Shown: positions 49,801 to 64,000 of the stretch, piece by piece
How positions within the stretch are numbered: position 1 is the stretch's first letter
Layout of the letters: every line of letters starts with the position of its first letter
Assembly: GCA_965644265.1 (NCBI GenBank)
Contig: OZ286473.1
Location: 63,860,001 to 63,924,000 of the forward strand
DNA: 64,000 nt
Direction of reading: 5' to 3'
DNA from: Glycera tridactyla
Lineage: Eukaryota
Made by a program: the position numbers and the translations under genes
Notes under the pieces: generated by a model
Seen by the model: the letters and a program-made list of their open reading frames with translations, nothing else
Databases searched by the model: none
Told to the model about the DNA's origin: nothing

Positions 49801-52800
49801 ATACTCTTCGCAACAAGACACCATCTGACTTTCCCGATCTTATTCTCAGGCTTGGGGGATTCCACCTACTGATGAACTACCTAGGTGCCATAGGAAAACT
49901 GATGCACGGCTCTGGACTCAAAGAACTATTTGTAAATGGCAACCTTCTTAAGGATGGGACAGCAGAAAAGGTTCTAGCAGGCAAAGGCTACTATCAGGCT
50001 TTGAATGCACATATGGTTGTCTATGAAGCACTACAGGCACTACGGTGGGAGGCGTTTGAAGATTGGGTTATTGATCAGAACATCAATACGGACTTTCTGG
50101 CTGACATCAATGATCTCATGGTGATACTAGAGAACAGATTCAAGATTAGAGATGTTGACAGTTGAGAAACAGCTTATCATATTGCAAAGCAGCTTGACCA
50201 AGTGAAGCTACTGATGAATCAGTATGATCAGGAGCATGCCAGTCACAAAACATACCAGCTCTGGATCAACTATCTTGATATGATTGAGATCCTTCTTTCT
50301 TATTTACATGCAGAGCGGGGTGCTGTGTGGCAGGAACATCTCTCAGCCACTGCACAAATGGCAGAATACATTGCTGCAGCTGACCATATAAAGTACATCA
50401 AAACAGTAGTTTGTTACCTACAGGAAATGAGAAATTTGGAAAATGAAGTACCTCACATCCATGATGCATTTGAACGTGGCGAGTTTACAGTGAAGAGATC
50501 AGCAGGTAACTTCAACTCAATCTGGACTGATATGGCTTTGGAATGTTCTCAGAACTGTGACACAAAGGGTCGTTCTGGCCAAGCAGGACTGAAAGGTATC
50601 ACAATGGATAAGTGGGCCCAAGAAAAATGGTTCAAGACCCTGCCATTTGCAGCAGCTGTTACAAATTCCATGAAATCAATGCTCCATATAAACAGTCCAG
50701 AGGAGTCACATGATTTGGAAAGTAGCAACATGAGAAAGAAGCAATATGACCTACGAGATATGGTCCTGGAATCAGTCAAGAAAGGTGAGATAATCAACCC
50801 TTTTGCTTTTACAAAGACAGATCTTGTGTCATCAGCTGATGGAATTGTTGCAACCGAACAGATTGCTGTGGATTTGCTAGATGCCAAAAAACATGGGAGA
50901 AAGGCATTGTATGAATTTGTGGATACAGATAAAACTAATAAACTGAAACTTCACACATTCAGTGACATGAAACCCCAGAAGAAGTGTGTCCAAAAATCAG
51001 TGAAACTTCTGGTTGCAAATGAAGTGGATACACTGAAACGGCTTCTGATGGAGATCGGAAGAGGCATGCACACAGTGAATTTGAAAGAGGCCCTCAACTA
51101 TGAGCTTCAAGGCCACCCCCCAGCTCTTGCATACATAAACTTGGCAACAAACAATATTGTTCTGAGAAGTGGCAACAAATCATCTCTCCTAACAGTACTC
51201 AAACAGAAGTGTGAGCTAGATGAATGGCCTGCAAGTATTCAGGAACCCACAAGGAAGCGTGGCATTATTGTAGACACTATGTCCTTTATCCATGCACATA
51301 AGCCATTGAACAATGAGCTTGGGGATTCATATGCCAATCGTTTGTTCCATGCTTTCATCCACAACACAGAATGTAGTGAAGTTCATCTAGTTGCTGATCG
51401 ATATGATGGCCTGAGCACTGAAACAGGTGCTGGAAGTGGAATAAGTTTGAAAGATGCTAGTGGGTGTCATGATCGTAGAGGGCAGTCTGAAATGGTGTAC
51501 AGTGTCAGTACTGGACATGCCATCAAGAACTGGGACAGTATTCTTTCCAGTAAGAAGAGTAAGACTCAGCTGGTGCAATACCTATTTGAGCAATGGTCAC
51601 TCCAGCAAGAATGCATCCCGGAGACGCTGACAGTGACTCTTGGAGGTGGCTTTGAAGACCGGAAAGAAGTGCGGCTTCTTCGTAATGGAAGCACAAATGC
51701 CTTGGAGAGAGATTCTGATGATGAAATCCTCAGAACTTTATCATCCACCCATGAAGAAGCAGACACACGCCTGTTCCTTCATATAGCTGCTTGTGTTCAT
51801 AATGGCTGTTCACAGGTGATAGTCAAAGCATCAGATACAGACATTGTGGTTATCAGTATATACCTCTACAATCGTCTCTCCTCCAGAGGGTTAGAAGAAC
51901 TGTATATACACACTAGAGATAGTTTCATCCCAATCCACAAAATTGCCCGGGTTCTGAAGACCAATGAAGCCAAGATGTTACCATTAGTCCATGCTTTGAG
52001 TGGGTGTGACACAACCAGTTTCTTCTTTGGAAAAGGCAAGAGAAGTTTTTGGGTGGCAGCTTCCAACCATCAGGCTGAGCTGGGTAGTATCTCCTCTGAA
52101 ATCGAGGAAGATGGCCTAACTGCTGGGCTAATTGATCGTACACTTGCAGTCGCTAAGATGGTCACAGTTGCTGTATATCATCAACAAGATTTCATAAGTC
52201 TCAATGAACATCTTTATGCTAGAACAAAATCAATCCAAGCCCTACCACCAACGGATGATGCCTTCCAGCAACATGTATTGCGAGCATTGTTTCAGACCTG
52301 TGTATGGGTCAAAGCTATGCAAACACAACCGACTCTTCCCTCTCCATTGAATTTTGGATGGCTGATGTTGCCAGTTGGAGTCCAGCCTCTTTTGCTGACT
52401 GTAACCTCACTTCCTCCATCATTACAAGGAAGTCTGTTCTGTAACTGCAAGCAGATGTGTGCTAGAAACTGTCCATGCCATAAGAAACAAATGCCATGTG
52501 CAGTGGCTTGCACATGTCGTGGTGATATTGACAGGTGTTTGCGTATGCAGTTGGTACAAGATGATATTGACTGAAACAAACTATAGTTTGTATGTATGTA
52601 TGAATGTATATATGTATGTATTTGTGGCTCACATCTCAGTCAACCCATATCTTCCAGGCCCAACAATTAGCCTGAAAAATTCTGATTCTGATACATATGA
52701 TAAGTCTGATCAGTCAATTGCAATGGGTGGCATTCATCGATATGATATCTTGTGTGGGTGCTATCATCATCAACAAAGGTGTATTTAGTATCCTTGATCA

Positions 52801-53864
52801 GTGTCTTTGAATGCCTTTTGATATAACATGTAAGGTTTTCACAAAGATCCATGTTCGAGCTACACATGAAAGACTGGATGGAGAACATAGCTTAGAGAAC
52901 CATCATAACAAATATTTAACATAGCACTTGAGGGGAAATGGGCACTACTTAGAATAAATAAGGTAATACATTTTATTTTACACAGGAAAGAATAGAAAAT
53001 CTAAATCATTAAGTGAGCCAAGCTATCATATGTATCCATAAACTTTCAGAATGTTAAAAGATCAGCAATATTGAAAGCATGGGCAGTATTTGGGGGTGAC
53101 AATTTCAGGCTTTTGTGACGTCGAATATTTGGTTGCAAGGGGGGTAGGATGGGTCATGAAGGCATAATTGGGAGAAAAAATATGCTGATCAACCCTATTT
53201 TGCATATAGAGAGCTTCTTATTGATATCATGTTCTGTGTGTAATATCATAGCTCTATTGCATGTTTTGGTTGACTTGTAGTGACTTTTGTACTTGATAGA
53301 CGACAATGCTCGAATTTTTGCTTGCAAGGGGGGTAGGGGGGCTCATGAAGGCATAATTGGGAGAAAGAATGAACTGACCAAGCCAATTTTTACTGATGGA
53401 GAGCCTAGTATTATCATCATGTTTTGTGTGTATTATCATAGATGTACTGCTGATTTTGGCTGAGTTGTAGTGACTTTTTTGCTTTCCAAACGACGATTTT
53501 TATGAAAAAAATCGAGATTTTCTCCCAAATTCTTGGTGAATTTGCATGGAAAATGTTATCCTATGCATCTGAAAGTATTTTTTTTCTGATTCAACTATAT
53601 CATTCATGATTGTCATACAACAGAAGGTGAAAATATTCACAAGTTTCAAAACTGTATTGGGATACATTACATATATGGGATAATATTGTGAATCTCGAAA
53701 AAAACGCAAGTTTTTATCAAAACGGAGGTGTTTGCCACCTTCTTTTTTTATACACAGTCCATATCATGATGCACAAACAGTCCACTTATCATAAAAAAAC
53801 ATCAAAGTTCAGGTACCTTACCAAGTAGGCGAAACTTAATTTTCACTGGCTGGCTCCCGGACTA
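46893..53864 (+). mobile_element. Academ (AcademX-type) DNA transposon, full length (6972 bp), copy 2
   Basis: Same termini (TAGTCCGGGAGCCA at 46893; ...CCCGGACTA ending 53864), same TCA TSD (46890-46892, 53865-53867) and same flanks as copy 1. It therefore arose by segmental duplication, not by independent transposition. It is 23 bp shorter (net 13 bp in the 5' arm, 9 bp in the ORF, 1 bp in the 3' arm). Confidence 0.9.
47775..52574 (+). pseudogene. Academ transposase-XPG fusion, copy 2 (1599 codons), with two in-frame TGA stops and a 3-codon deletion
   Basis: ORFs 47775-49163, 49173-50165 and 50202-52574 are all in one frame. Stops are TGA 49161-49163 (TCA in copy 1 at 8019) and TGA 50163-50165 (TGT in copy 1 at 9021). 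SLNELRQHLY is shortened to SLNEHLY. Confidence 0.9.
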
Positions 53865-56761
53865 TCATGACAGGATATTCACAAGACATCCGCAACTATG
53901 GTAACAAGGGGGTAGGGCCACGCTTGAGGAATATGAGGCAGCACTTCTATATTGCAGTGTTTTTGTCAGGGTAACTACACGTGAATAGGTGATCCCAGTC
54001 TCAAAGGTGATAGCCAATCACATGCTAAAATTACAAGGAATGATGATCATAGCTGTTGGAGAGTGAATGGTCTCTCTCCAGGTCAAGAGAGTTCATAACT
54101 GAAGACATCAGGTCTGCGATTTCCAAATCTGATGCATTCTCGTTCTTCAGGTACTGTGTTATGTTCATAGCATTTTTTCGAACTCGAGTGTCAATCTCAA
54201 GCTAGTGACATATACATATAAAGTAATGAACGTGTATATAAATGAACATCTGTCTGATGTGAGAGCTACTTCATCTCGACAGTATTCCTCATTCTCCATC
54301 ATCTTATGTTCAGGGCTCGTGGGAGTGTTGCCAGCAGGTTATGGAACATCCAACTTTCGAAGATCAGAAACACCGGCATACATAACCGAACAATAGCATC
54401 TGAGTATCACTGAAATGGGCCACATATAATTGTAATAGTACTATCTGAAGGCATCTTAAGGTTGGAGTAATTGTGATGGTTAGATTCAAGAGCATTTCTC
54501 GAGCTTTCCCCGCACATTTACTGAGTGTCTGCGTCTGTAACCAGGAATAACCAACACTGCAGAACTAAAAAACTCAGTATCCATGAAGAGCTTACACGTG
54601 TCTATACAATTCGGGTATGAGCATACACAATGATTCATGGAATGTACCCTATATGATTGTGGTATCTAGAGGCTGTCTGGAAGTGATAACAACTATGGAT
54701 GATAGGTACAGGTATATCTCTCATGGTCATTTCGTACACCAACAGAGAGTGTTGATTGATTAATCAACAGTAAAGAAATAAATATCAATTGTGAGTTCAC
54801 TACTACTTTGAGAGGACCCGAACTTCACCAGGAGGTAATTGTGATATGTTCACACCTTTCATTGGGAAAAAAGATTGTGATGGTTGAATTCAACGTTATA
54901 TGGCACATTCACTGATGATCCGAATCGCAATAAAAAAGGGAAGTAGCATCGCCCTTGGTCTTGGAGGAGGTATTGAACCATCAAGTATTCACTGACAATT
55001 ATTCATCTCCGTGGCAAAATTTCTAAATCACTAAGGTACTGTTTCAGTGGGAGATCTTTAGCATGGCTGAAACGGACCCCTTTTGATTTTAATATGTAGA
55101 GGATGCCTCAAGGTGATGGTAAGATCCAAGGACATCTTTCAAGGTTATCTGGTCAATCCACTGAGGGATCGAACCGAACCAAGAAGGTGAACATCCATTC
55201 ACCATTGTTTTGTCACAATATGGCACGATTGCCCACGTATTGCCACGGGGCACCCGATTATCAGGGAAATGGGCTGGGTGTATGGAGTGTATGGAGTGTG
55301 AGAAGTTCACTCGGCTGCCAACCAAGATTATCCAGAATTATGAGCCATTGAGTCAACATGCCAAGTTATTCCACGCAGCCTATTTCTAGCTTCAACAACA
55401 CCTTGCGCCAAGATGTATATACACTAAGTGGGAAGCACTTGTCGCAATATCAATCTCAAATCAGCATAGATGGATTCCATTTTAGTGTTCTCTCGTCGAT
55501 GCTGTCGCACCTGTCACTATCGAAATTGTCGAATTGTTTTTACTCCTTTGATTCTCATCGTTTTGAATCTTGTATGACATTGTGGTTTTCTGTTGTTCAT
55601 GCACTGCCAGATCCCTGGACACTTTCATACCCATAATCATCATCATCATCATCATCATTATCATCATCATTATCATCATCATCATCACATTATTTTGCAA
55701 TACTCTTCCTAACTCACGCTTGATTGACAAACGGAAATCGCATGAGAAATGACTAATAACTTACCACAATTGATATTCTTCAACAGGGATAACAGGTGGT
55801 ACGTACCTTGAAACAGAAAGCAGAACCAAGATGTGTTATATTTTAGCATCAACACACGAATGTTATACTTCGAAATAGCAAAACCAAAATGGGGTTGTGT
55901 CAGGGTGTATTCATGCAGTATGCAGTTTATATTGATCTCATGATTTATCTCATCAACAACAAAAATTCTTTCCATGAAACTTCATTCAGGTTTGGTTTGG
56001 TTTGGTTGACTGTTTTGACTGATCACAGTCCAGTACCACTGCCAGAGCCGGAAGGTTCTGATCTTCCCAGTGCTGCTTAGCTATTCATGGGTGACAGGTC
56101 TAATCTTGGCAAGGCGCAACCCTCTGCCTGTGATTGAATTTTGAACCTCCTGTCTTATGCCTGCATATGTGTGTATGCTGAGGAGGGGTATTGGTGTAGC
56201 TGGATTCCGTAGTCACTTATCATAGCACCACTGCTAACCTAGGACCATTGTTTTCAGATCCCAGATAGGCGCTCACTACATCACCCAGCCCTAGTGGTGT
56301 GTAGCTCATGCCTCTTTCCGTGTTTTGAGCTCAACATTGGGGGCCCAGACCACTGGTGTAGTCTGTGACTATTAGTGTAGTGTTTGGTCTGCCCATACTG
56401 GTACTCTCTGCTTCCTCACATCCTGCCGTGGTCACCCATAACACAACTAGCTGCAGCTACAGCTGTTCTACATTTGAGTCAAGTGTGAAGAAGCTACCAC
56501 TACACCACGCTTTCCTCTACATACAAATATCGGTGATTGATTGATCTAGGTTTGATATTGATACAGTGAGTAAGTTGATATTGACTTTGTGCTCAACTGA
56601 GATGAGGACTTTCCTCTCCCATTAGGATTCATTCGAATAGAATTTCGATGAGAACTACATACCTTCCATGAGATGAGAATGATATAAACATATGACTTCT
56701 TATTCTGTATTCTATGGTTGTGATTGTCATGTACTGAAGTGAGTCAGTGAATGAGTCAATG

Positions 56762-58664
56762 AATGTTCAATGCTTGGATTCGCTGAGATGAGATTGATCA
56801 ATACTCTAGCCAGAAGTGAGTGAGTGGATATTCAATGCTTGGATTCGCTGAGATGAGATTGATGAAAACTCTAGCCAGAAGTGAGTTAGTGGATGTTCAA
56901 TGCTTGGATTCGCTGAGATAAGATTGATAAATACTCTAGCCAGAAGTGAGTGAGTGGATGTTTAATGCTTGGATTCGTTGAGATAGGATTGATAAATACT
57001 CTAGCCAGAAGTGGGTGAGTGGATGTTCAATGCTTGGATTCGCTGAGATGAGATTGATAAATACTCTAGCCAGAAGTGAGTGAGTGGATGTTAAATGCTT
57101 GGATTCGCTGAGATGAGATTGATATATACTTTAGCCAGAAGTGAGTGAGTGGATGTTCAATGCTTGGATTCATTTGGATGAGATTGATAAATACTCTAGC
57201 CAGAAGTGAGTGAGTGGATGTTCAATGCTTGGATTCGCTGAGATGAGATTGATAAATACTCTAGCCAGAAGTGAGTGAGTGGATGTTTAATGCTTGGATT
57301 CGTTGAGATAGGATTGATAAATACTCTAGCCAGAAGTGAGTGAGTAGATGTTCAATGCTTGGATTCGCTGAGATGAGATTGATAAATACTCTAGCCAGAA
57401 GTGAGTGAGTGGATGTTAAATGCTTGGATTCGCTGAGATGAGATTGATATATACTTTAGCCAGAAGTGAGTGAGTTGATGTTCAATGCTTGGATTCGTTT
57501 GGATGAGATTGATGAATACTCTAGCCAGAAGTGAGTGAGTGGATGTTCAATGCTTGGATTCGCTGAGATGAGATTGATAGATACTCTAGCCAGAAGTGAG
57601 TGAGTGGATGTTCAATGCTTGGATTCGCTAAGATGAGATTGATGAATACTCTAGTCAGCAGTTAGTGAGTGGATGTTCAATGCTTGGATTCGTTAGGATA
57701 GGATTGATAAATACTCTAGCCAGAAGTGAGTGAGTGGATGTTCAATGCTTGGATTCGCTGAGATAAGATTGATGCATACTCTAGTCAGAAGTGAGTGAGT
57801 GGATGTTCAATGCTTGGATTCGCTGAGATGAGAATGATAAATACTCTAGCCAGAAGTGAGTGAGTGGATGTTCAATGCTTGGATTCGTTGAGATAGGATT
57901 GATAAATACGCTAGCCAGAAGATAGTGAGTGGATGTTCAATGCTTGGATTCGCTGAGTTGAGATTGATGAATACACTAGCCAGAAGTGAGTGAGTGGATG
58001 TTCAATGCTTGGATTCGCTGAGATGAGATTGATCAATACTCTAGCCAGAAGGGAGTGAGTGGATGTTCAATGCTTGGATTCGCTGAGATGAGATTGATAA
58101 ATACGCTAGCCGGAAGTGAGTGAGTGGATATTCAATGCTTGGATTTGGTGAGATAGGATTGATAAATACTCTAGCCAGAAGTGAGTGAGTGGATGTTCAA
58201 TGCTTGGATTCGCTGAGATGGGATTGTTATATACTACAGCCGAAAGTGTGTTAGTAAATGTGTCATGTATGGATTCAATCAGATGAGATTGATATATACT
58301 ACACCCAGCGAATGTTGTATGCTTGTATTCAATGAGGTGAGATTGTTCTATACTACTTTTAAGAGTAAGATAGTGAATGTTTCCTGCTTGTAGTTGATGA
58401 GATGAGGTTGTTCTATGCTACAGTCAGACAGTTGGGGGATCTTCCATGCTATTATTCGATGGGAGGAATGCGATATATACTAGAGCAAGGAGTGAGTCAG
58501 TTGAGGTTCCATACTTGGATTCGATGAGATGAGATTGTTATATGCCATTGCCAGAAATGACTGAACGAATGTTGCAAGCTTTGATTCGATGAGATGAGAT
58601 TGTTATATACTACAGCTAGAAGTGAGTTGGTAAATGTTTCATGCCTGTATTCGATGAGAACCAC
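56762..58664. repeat. 65-bp tandem repeat array in copy 2: 23 conserved units plus degenerate tail
   Basis: Anchors run from 56773 to 58203 (22 x 65), which is 325 bp longer than copy 1. Confidence 0.95.
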
Positions 58665-61600
58665 TTTATATGGGGCTTTCATCTTTGGATGCATGAATGA
58701 TGAAGTATCGCAGTCTGACATGGATCTGACATGCCATCAATCTCCATCTCCACTCTGGTTGCCAAGGTTACAAACCTCCACCAAATCTAATCTGGGAACG
58801 AAACAAAGGAAGCAAGTTGATTACTACATCTATGTCACACCATCACAAAGCCAAGCAAAGCAATCATATATGTCCGAGCAATGGTGGATTATGTCGAAGT
58901 GAGATTGACAATGGGATGCTGAGGTGGCACGAATTCGACTTGTCAAGCCGCGAAAAGTAGTCCATCAACTGGTTGTCAAGGAGACGCCCTCAAAATCGAC
59001 ACCATGTGGAATATCCTCTATCCTCAATCTTGATGGACCCAACTGCTTATTCGTTTTTTTGTCAAAATATACGGTTCTGAAGTCAAAGAGGTGGTGGAAG
59101 AATAGATCATGATTATCAAATGAAAAGGGTGACGTAGGTATCAATACATGAAACATACTCATTCAGACAGAGAGGCACATGCTATCAAACTCACCTTATT
59201 GTGTTGTTCAGACATTGACTAATATACCAAGCTTTCGTTTGGCCTGATTTCCCAGAACAGATGCAGATCTCGGGCATCCAGGTGCATTTCTCGGGCAATC
59301 ACTTTTTTTCGAATGGGAAATAATGCCTCAGAATTGGATCGTGTTAATTCTTAGCTCATAGAATCCTAAAGAGTTGACTCTTGTGGAAGAAAATTATATT
59401 TCATCTAGAAAGTTGAGCAGTCGGTTAATGAGTACTTTTTTGTCCGATTGTTCATTCTCCTTATTAAGAATTAAATATATATATGGAGTTAGGTTATTTT
59501 ATTGAGGATTCTGATTGAAATTGACTGTCAGAATCCTCACTGAATCACATTAATGTGTTTCTGTTTTATGTCTGTGCGAAGGTAGAGGTCCCACCGGAAT
59601 TTGGATGCGCTACCTTTATGGCAAATTGTTTGCTCTATACTATTGGCACAATGTGTGTGTGTGAGTTTGGGTGAATTAGATTCATCTATGTGGTCACTTC
59701 AATACATGGACCACATTTGCTCTCATTTTAGGAAGATTTACACTGGTTGCTTTTGGACACCATCTGAATATCAGAAGCTTAGCGGCTGGTATCACAGTTG
59801 CATGTCGCACACTTATCAGTATTTATTGTATGTGATTCATAACCAGATTTTGGGCCAAATGGACTTGTGTATCACCACTGTCTGCAGCCAGCAGCGGCTG
59901 TCATCTGTTCTCCCTAGGAGCGGACACAGCCTTGCTCCCTGAGTGATGCCACTAATTTGATAGCTAGCCTCCCACTCCTATAATACCTCTCACAAATAAA
60001 TCTCGGTAACTATGAATCCATTCACTGCAAATTGCCCATACGATGGAGACTTGCTCCACTGGATTGGATTTGGGTTCGTTACTGCATGTGTCACCATTGA
60101 CGTCTTTTCTTGTTCGTTATGTAGGTCTCGCTGTTGGTGCCATGAAGAGGATTATCAGCTCACTTTTAGGACACAAACCTTCTACCCAACCACAATCTCA
60201 TGAAACAACTCGTGCTTATCACAATTGAATTGATGATTGAGTATTTTTTCTATTCTTTTCGAATGAACTATGACTCTTTCGAGCCAAGTCTTTGTATTCC
60301 ATTCAAGTCTTGTGAATGTATTTTGTTTGAGTCAGTTCACTGTATTCGATTAAAAGTATCTCTGCCGAATTCTTTCAATACAAATTTGATTGCCTGAAGT
60401 ATTTGAAATCTTGGTTGTCTAATTTCGATTGATATCCAGGTTACCATGTGGTTTGTGCTTGTTATCTTCATTGTTTATACGTTTTTTGTCCTCGTTCGAA
60501 TGTTGACATTCAGAGTTGAAAGTCTAATCTAATCTCAGCCCATTTAAGACTTTATACGGACAAGCATTTCCGTGATTGTTGAATAGTTCTGATGCTTGTA
60601 GCAGTCATGAATGGATTCGCTCTTCATCTCTTCCCTGATAATGCAGTGATGGTACTTCTGACATGGCCTTGAAGACAATTTACGTAGATTCAATCTCTTC
60701 AAAAACAGTACTGTTGGTCTTTGAAAGAGATGTTTTTTCGATACATCTCAGAGAGTAAAATGTCAGAACGTCCGAGCTAATTATCCCACCATTGTGGCCC
60801 ATAATTATACCGAATGCACCGAGTGCCATGTACGGCAAGACCGTACTTGTCGAGTCCCCTAGCGTCCCAAAGGTACGTATGGCCTTCTAGGGCTTAATAT
60901 GAGGTGCATTCTGTATACATCATCCGATATAGCCATTGCTCATCCATTTTGCTGAAATATGTGAGATAAATCAGTTACAGTCGATGTATTTGTTTTGAGT
61001 TGTCGTGCAACAACTAGTGAGTCCAGCTGGTAGAAACAGTCGCCAGCCCACCACCACAGGCCTGGCTTTAACAGTAGTGGCCTGATATCACAATACACTA
61101 CCGCTTGCTAGGAAGTTTATTTGCTTAGAAATGGATATTTTGACTTGCATCAGGTGCAAACGTCAGTCGGTGACTCAAAAAAGTTGGTAACGAGGAAGAT
61201 TGACCCTGCGACGATGCTGCCGGTGGATCCTTGACCTCGATAGTTCTGATGCGAATCAACGATGGCACGTGACCAGGGTGGTAGGTACAGATTCAGAAAA
61301 CCACATGTGCGACAACTCTTCAAGTTATCATCCGCTTCTAAACCAACATAGTAACAGGTGATAACATTGATGCTTGACTAAATATCGGATGATGAGATGA
61401 ATGGATATACATCTGAGGTGAGCAACAGATCCATCCGAGACTCATATATTCCATGCTTCTCTCGAGTTCACACATATAATTGTAATTTATGGATATTATT
61501 ATTCCTTTGCAGGTTTTGGTGACTAGGTTTTTCAATTCTCAGCAATGCCGATTCCCATATGACATGCTTTCCCAGATCTATCCATTTCAAGCTCACCACT

Positions 61601-64000
61601 GTTTTGGCACTGTCTTCAATAATGATTGTAGAATTGTTGGAATTGACTGTAATGATCTTTGTGATATTCAAGTGAATTTATCCATCCATTCATTTATCCA
61701 TCTAACCAGCAAGTGAGCTATCCAGCCAGCCAGCAATCCTACCCGCAAGTCTATCTCTCCAATCGTCTGTCCACGTCTGTGTGTGTGTGTGTGTGTTTGT
61801 GTGTGTGTTTTTTTGTATGTGTGTGTCTGTGTCTGTCCATCTGACCATTTTTTTGGTCAGTACTAATCCCTGTCCGAATGCTTCCATAGTCTTCTATATT
61901 TGTCAACATATTATTCTATGATCTGTAGACCTGAGGTATATTCCTGTATTAGTCTCCCTGGAGACAGCATTGATTTGGGTCTGATTGGAGGAGGATGCAA
62001 TATGCCATGAAGTAGGCAGGTGCCTCAAGGGGAGATAAGGGAGATGACCACTGGTTATGGTGCCAATGGACAGTATATATTCAGCTCTGCTATATCTTCG
62101 CTCTCTTTTTCTTTCTTTTTTTCTGCGCCCTCTTCTTCTTCGCTCAGTTTCTCAGAGTCCTTATTCTATCCTCGTTCTCTGTGTCTCTTTCTTCATCCTC
62201 TCTCTTGCATTTCTTTCCAGCCTTTTGCTATTCCACACTCTCCAGGTTTCTACCACTCCCTCTTCCCACCCCATTCACTTTCTCTATCCAAATCCCTACA
62301 TACTCTTCTCTTTCTTCCAATTTGTTTCACTCTATCCTTCCCGACCTTCTGTTTCCCAATTCCACGTACCACTCCCTCTCACTCTCTCACTCCCTTTGGT
62401 TATATTTATCTCTATCTCTCTTGCACTCTCTCAGTCTCAAGTCCTCCACTATCTCCTTTGCCTCTTTCACCTTTGTCACTTCTAATCTATTCTATCCCTT
62501 TCTNNNNNNNNNNNNNNNNNNNNNNNNNNNNNNNNNNNNNNNNNNNNNNNNNNNNNNNNNNNNNNNNNNNNNNNNNNNNNNNNNNNNNNNNNNNNNNNNN
62601 NNNNNNNNNNNNNNNNNNNNNNNNNNNNNNNNNNNNNNNNNNNNNNNNNNNNNNNNNNNNNNNNNNNNNNNNNNNNNNNNNNNNNNNNNNNNNNNNNNNN
62701 NNNNNNNNNNNNNNNNNNNNNNNNNNNNNNNNNNNNNNNNNNNNNNNNNNNNNNNNNNNNNNNNNNNNNNNNNNNNNNNNNNNNNNNNNNNNNNNNNNNN
62801 NNNNNNNNNNNNNNNNNNNNNNNNNNNNNNNNNNNNNTTCTCTGAGTCTTAAGTTCTCCAACATCTCTTTTGCCTCATTGACCTCTCTCTTCTCTCTCCT
62901 TCTTTCGGACTCACATTCTATCCTACCTCTTCCTTTTCCGCTTCTTCTCAAAGAAACAAATTTGGTTTTCATTGGATAGTGATGCAATATGCCACGAAGA
63001 AGGCAGGTGTATCAAGAGAACACATTGAGGAAATGACCACTGGTCCAGGTGCCGATGGCCTGTTCATATCACTTAGCTTATTTGATGATATCATCATATA
63101 GGAAGATTCATACAAATCAGTGTCATTATATGTGACTCGCATCCACTGCCATTTCCAGGAATCTCATTACATCTCATTACGATCCACAGGTTTTGTCGTC
63201 ATTTGCCATGAATAGCCATCAGTTTAGCAGCGTTCCCCCAATGGGTTTCAGTCAGGAAGATATGTGTGATTTATAGGAGGTCCATGAAACACAGCAATAA
63301 GGTAAAAGAAGTCAATCTATCAGTCATACTCTCTATTTTTTTTATTGATCCAGCTGTCTATACCAGTTGGTCAGTCAATCACTCATTCGATCAGTATCTG
63401 ATCCATTCAGTGCACCGGTCACTGGTTTCAGCAATCACACAGTTCTGGAAAGTGTCTTTCCATCAGCCTGCATGCCTGTCTGCCTGTCTATCAGTTGGTC
63501 AATAGTTCAGCCCCGAAGGTTATCTACACGAGTGGTAATTCTGTCCCTTTGCCTGTCNNNNNNNNNNNNNNNNNNNNNNNNNNNNNNNNNNNNNNNNNNN
63601 NNNNNNNNNNNNNNNNNNNNNNNNNNNNNNNNNNNNNNNNNNNNNNNNNNNNNNNNNNNNNNNNNNNNNNNNNNNNNNNNNNNNNNNNNNNNNNNNNTGT
63701 GTGCCTGACTACAACAACCCACCTACCTGTCCATCTAAGTGATAGTGCAATCAAAAATTTTAAGATGTGGGATGTTGGATCATTAGTTTTATCTTATTGT
63801 CAACCAAATGACGGAACCAAGACGGTGACATCATCTGGCTCACTATAACAATATGCATAACAGTGTTGAATATTAGTTTCATATTATTGTCAACCAAATG
63901 ACGGAACCAAGACAGTGACATCATTTGGCCCACTTTGATACCATGCATAACAGTGTTTAATATTTACACGTAATGTTGTGTGATATTGAGTGTTATTATA

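Larger units (their letters stand above)
41171..63557 (+). repeat. Segmental duplication, copy 2
   Basis: Colinear with 1-~21000, including microsatellites, the Academ element and the 65-bp array. The last clear match is CTGTCCCTTTGCC just before the N-gap at 63558. Confidence 0.95.

Noticed and set aside
46893-53864. Second Academ as evidence of active transposition
   Set aside because: It has the same TSD and flanks as copy 1, so it was copied by the segmental duplication.

Overview
This window is eukaryotic, AT-rich, microsatellite-rich animal genomic DNA (invertebrate-like; the species cannot be determined from sequence), with six N-gaps. I could not identify a host gene. The dominant structure is a direct duplication with a period of about 41.17 kb: 1-~21000 recurs at 41171-~63557, at roughly 99% identity up to ~18340 and about 75-85% beyond ~18640 (estimates by eye). 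Each copy carries a complete ~7-kb Academ-type (AcademX) DNA transposon (5738-12732 and 46893-53864). Both have TAG...CTA termini, a 3-bp TCA target-site duplication and a single ~1600-codon frame that fuses zinc-finger-like motifs, a putative DDE transposase, an XPG/FEN1-like nuclease and a C-terminal Cys cluster. The two copies carry different nonsense mutations, so their consensus, or a single crossover product, is stop-free. Each copy also has a 65-bp tandem array (18 versus 23 conserved units, differing by one 5-unit block). The single-copy middle region holds a 611-bp nested-palindrome element with TG...CA ends whose empty site is visible elsewhere in the window, a 5'-truncated CR1/L2-group LINE, and several small dispersed or nested repeats. 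Element-family assignments come from recalled motif knowledge, not from database searches.
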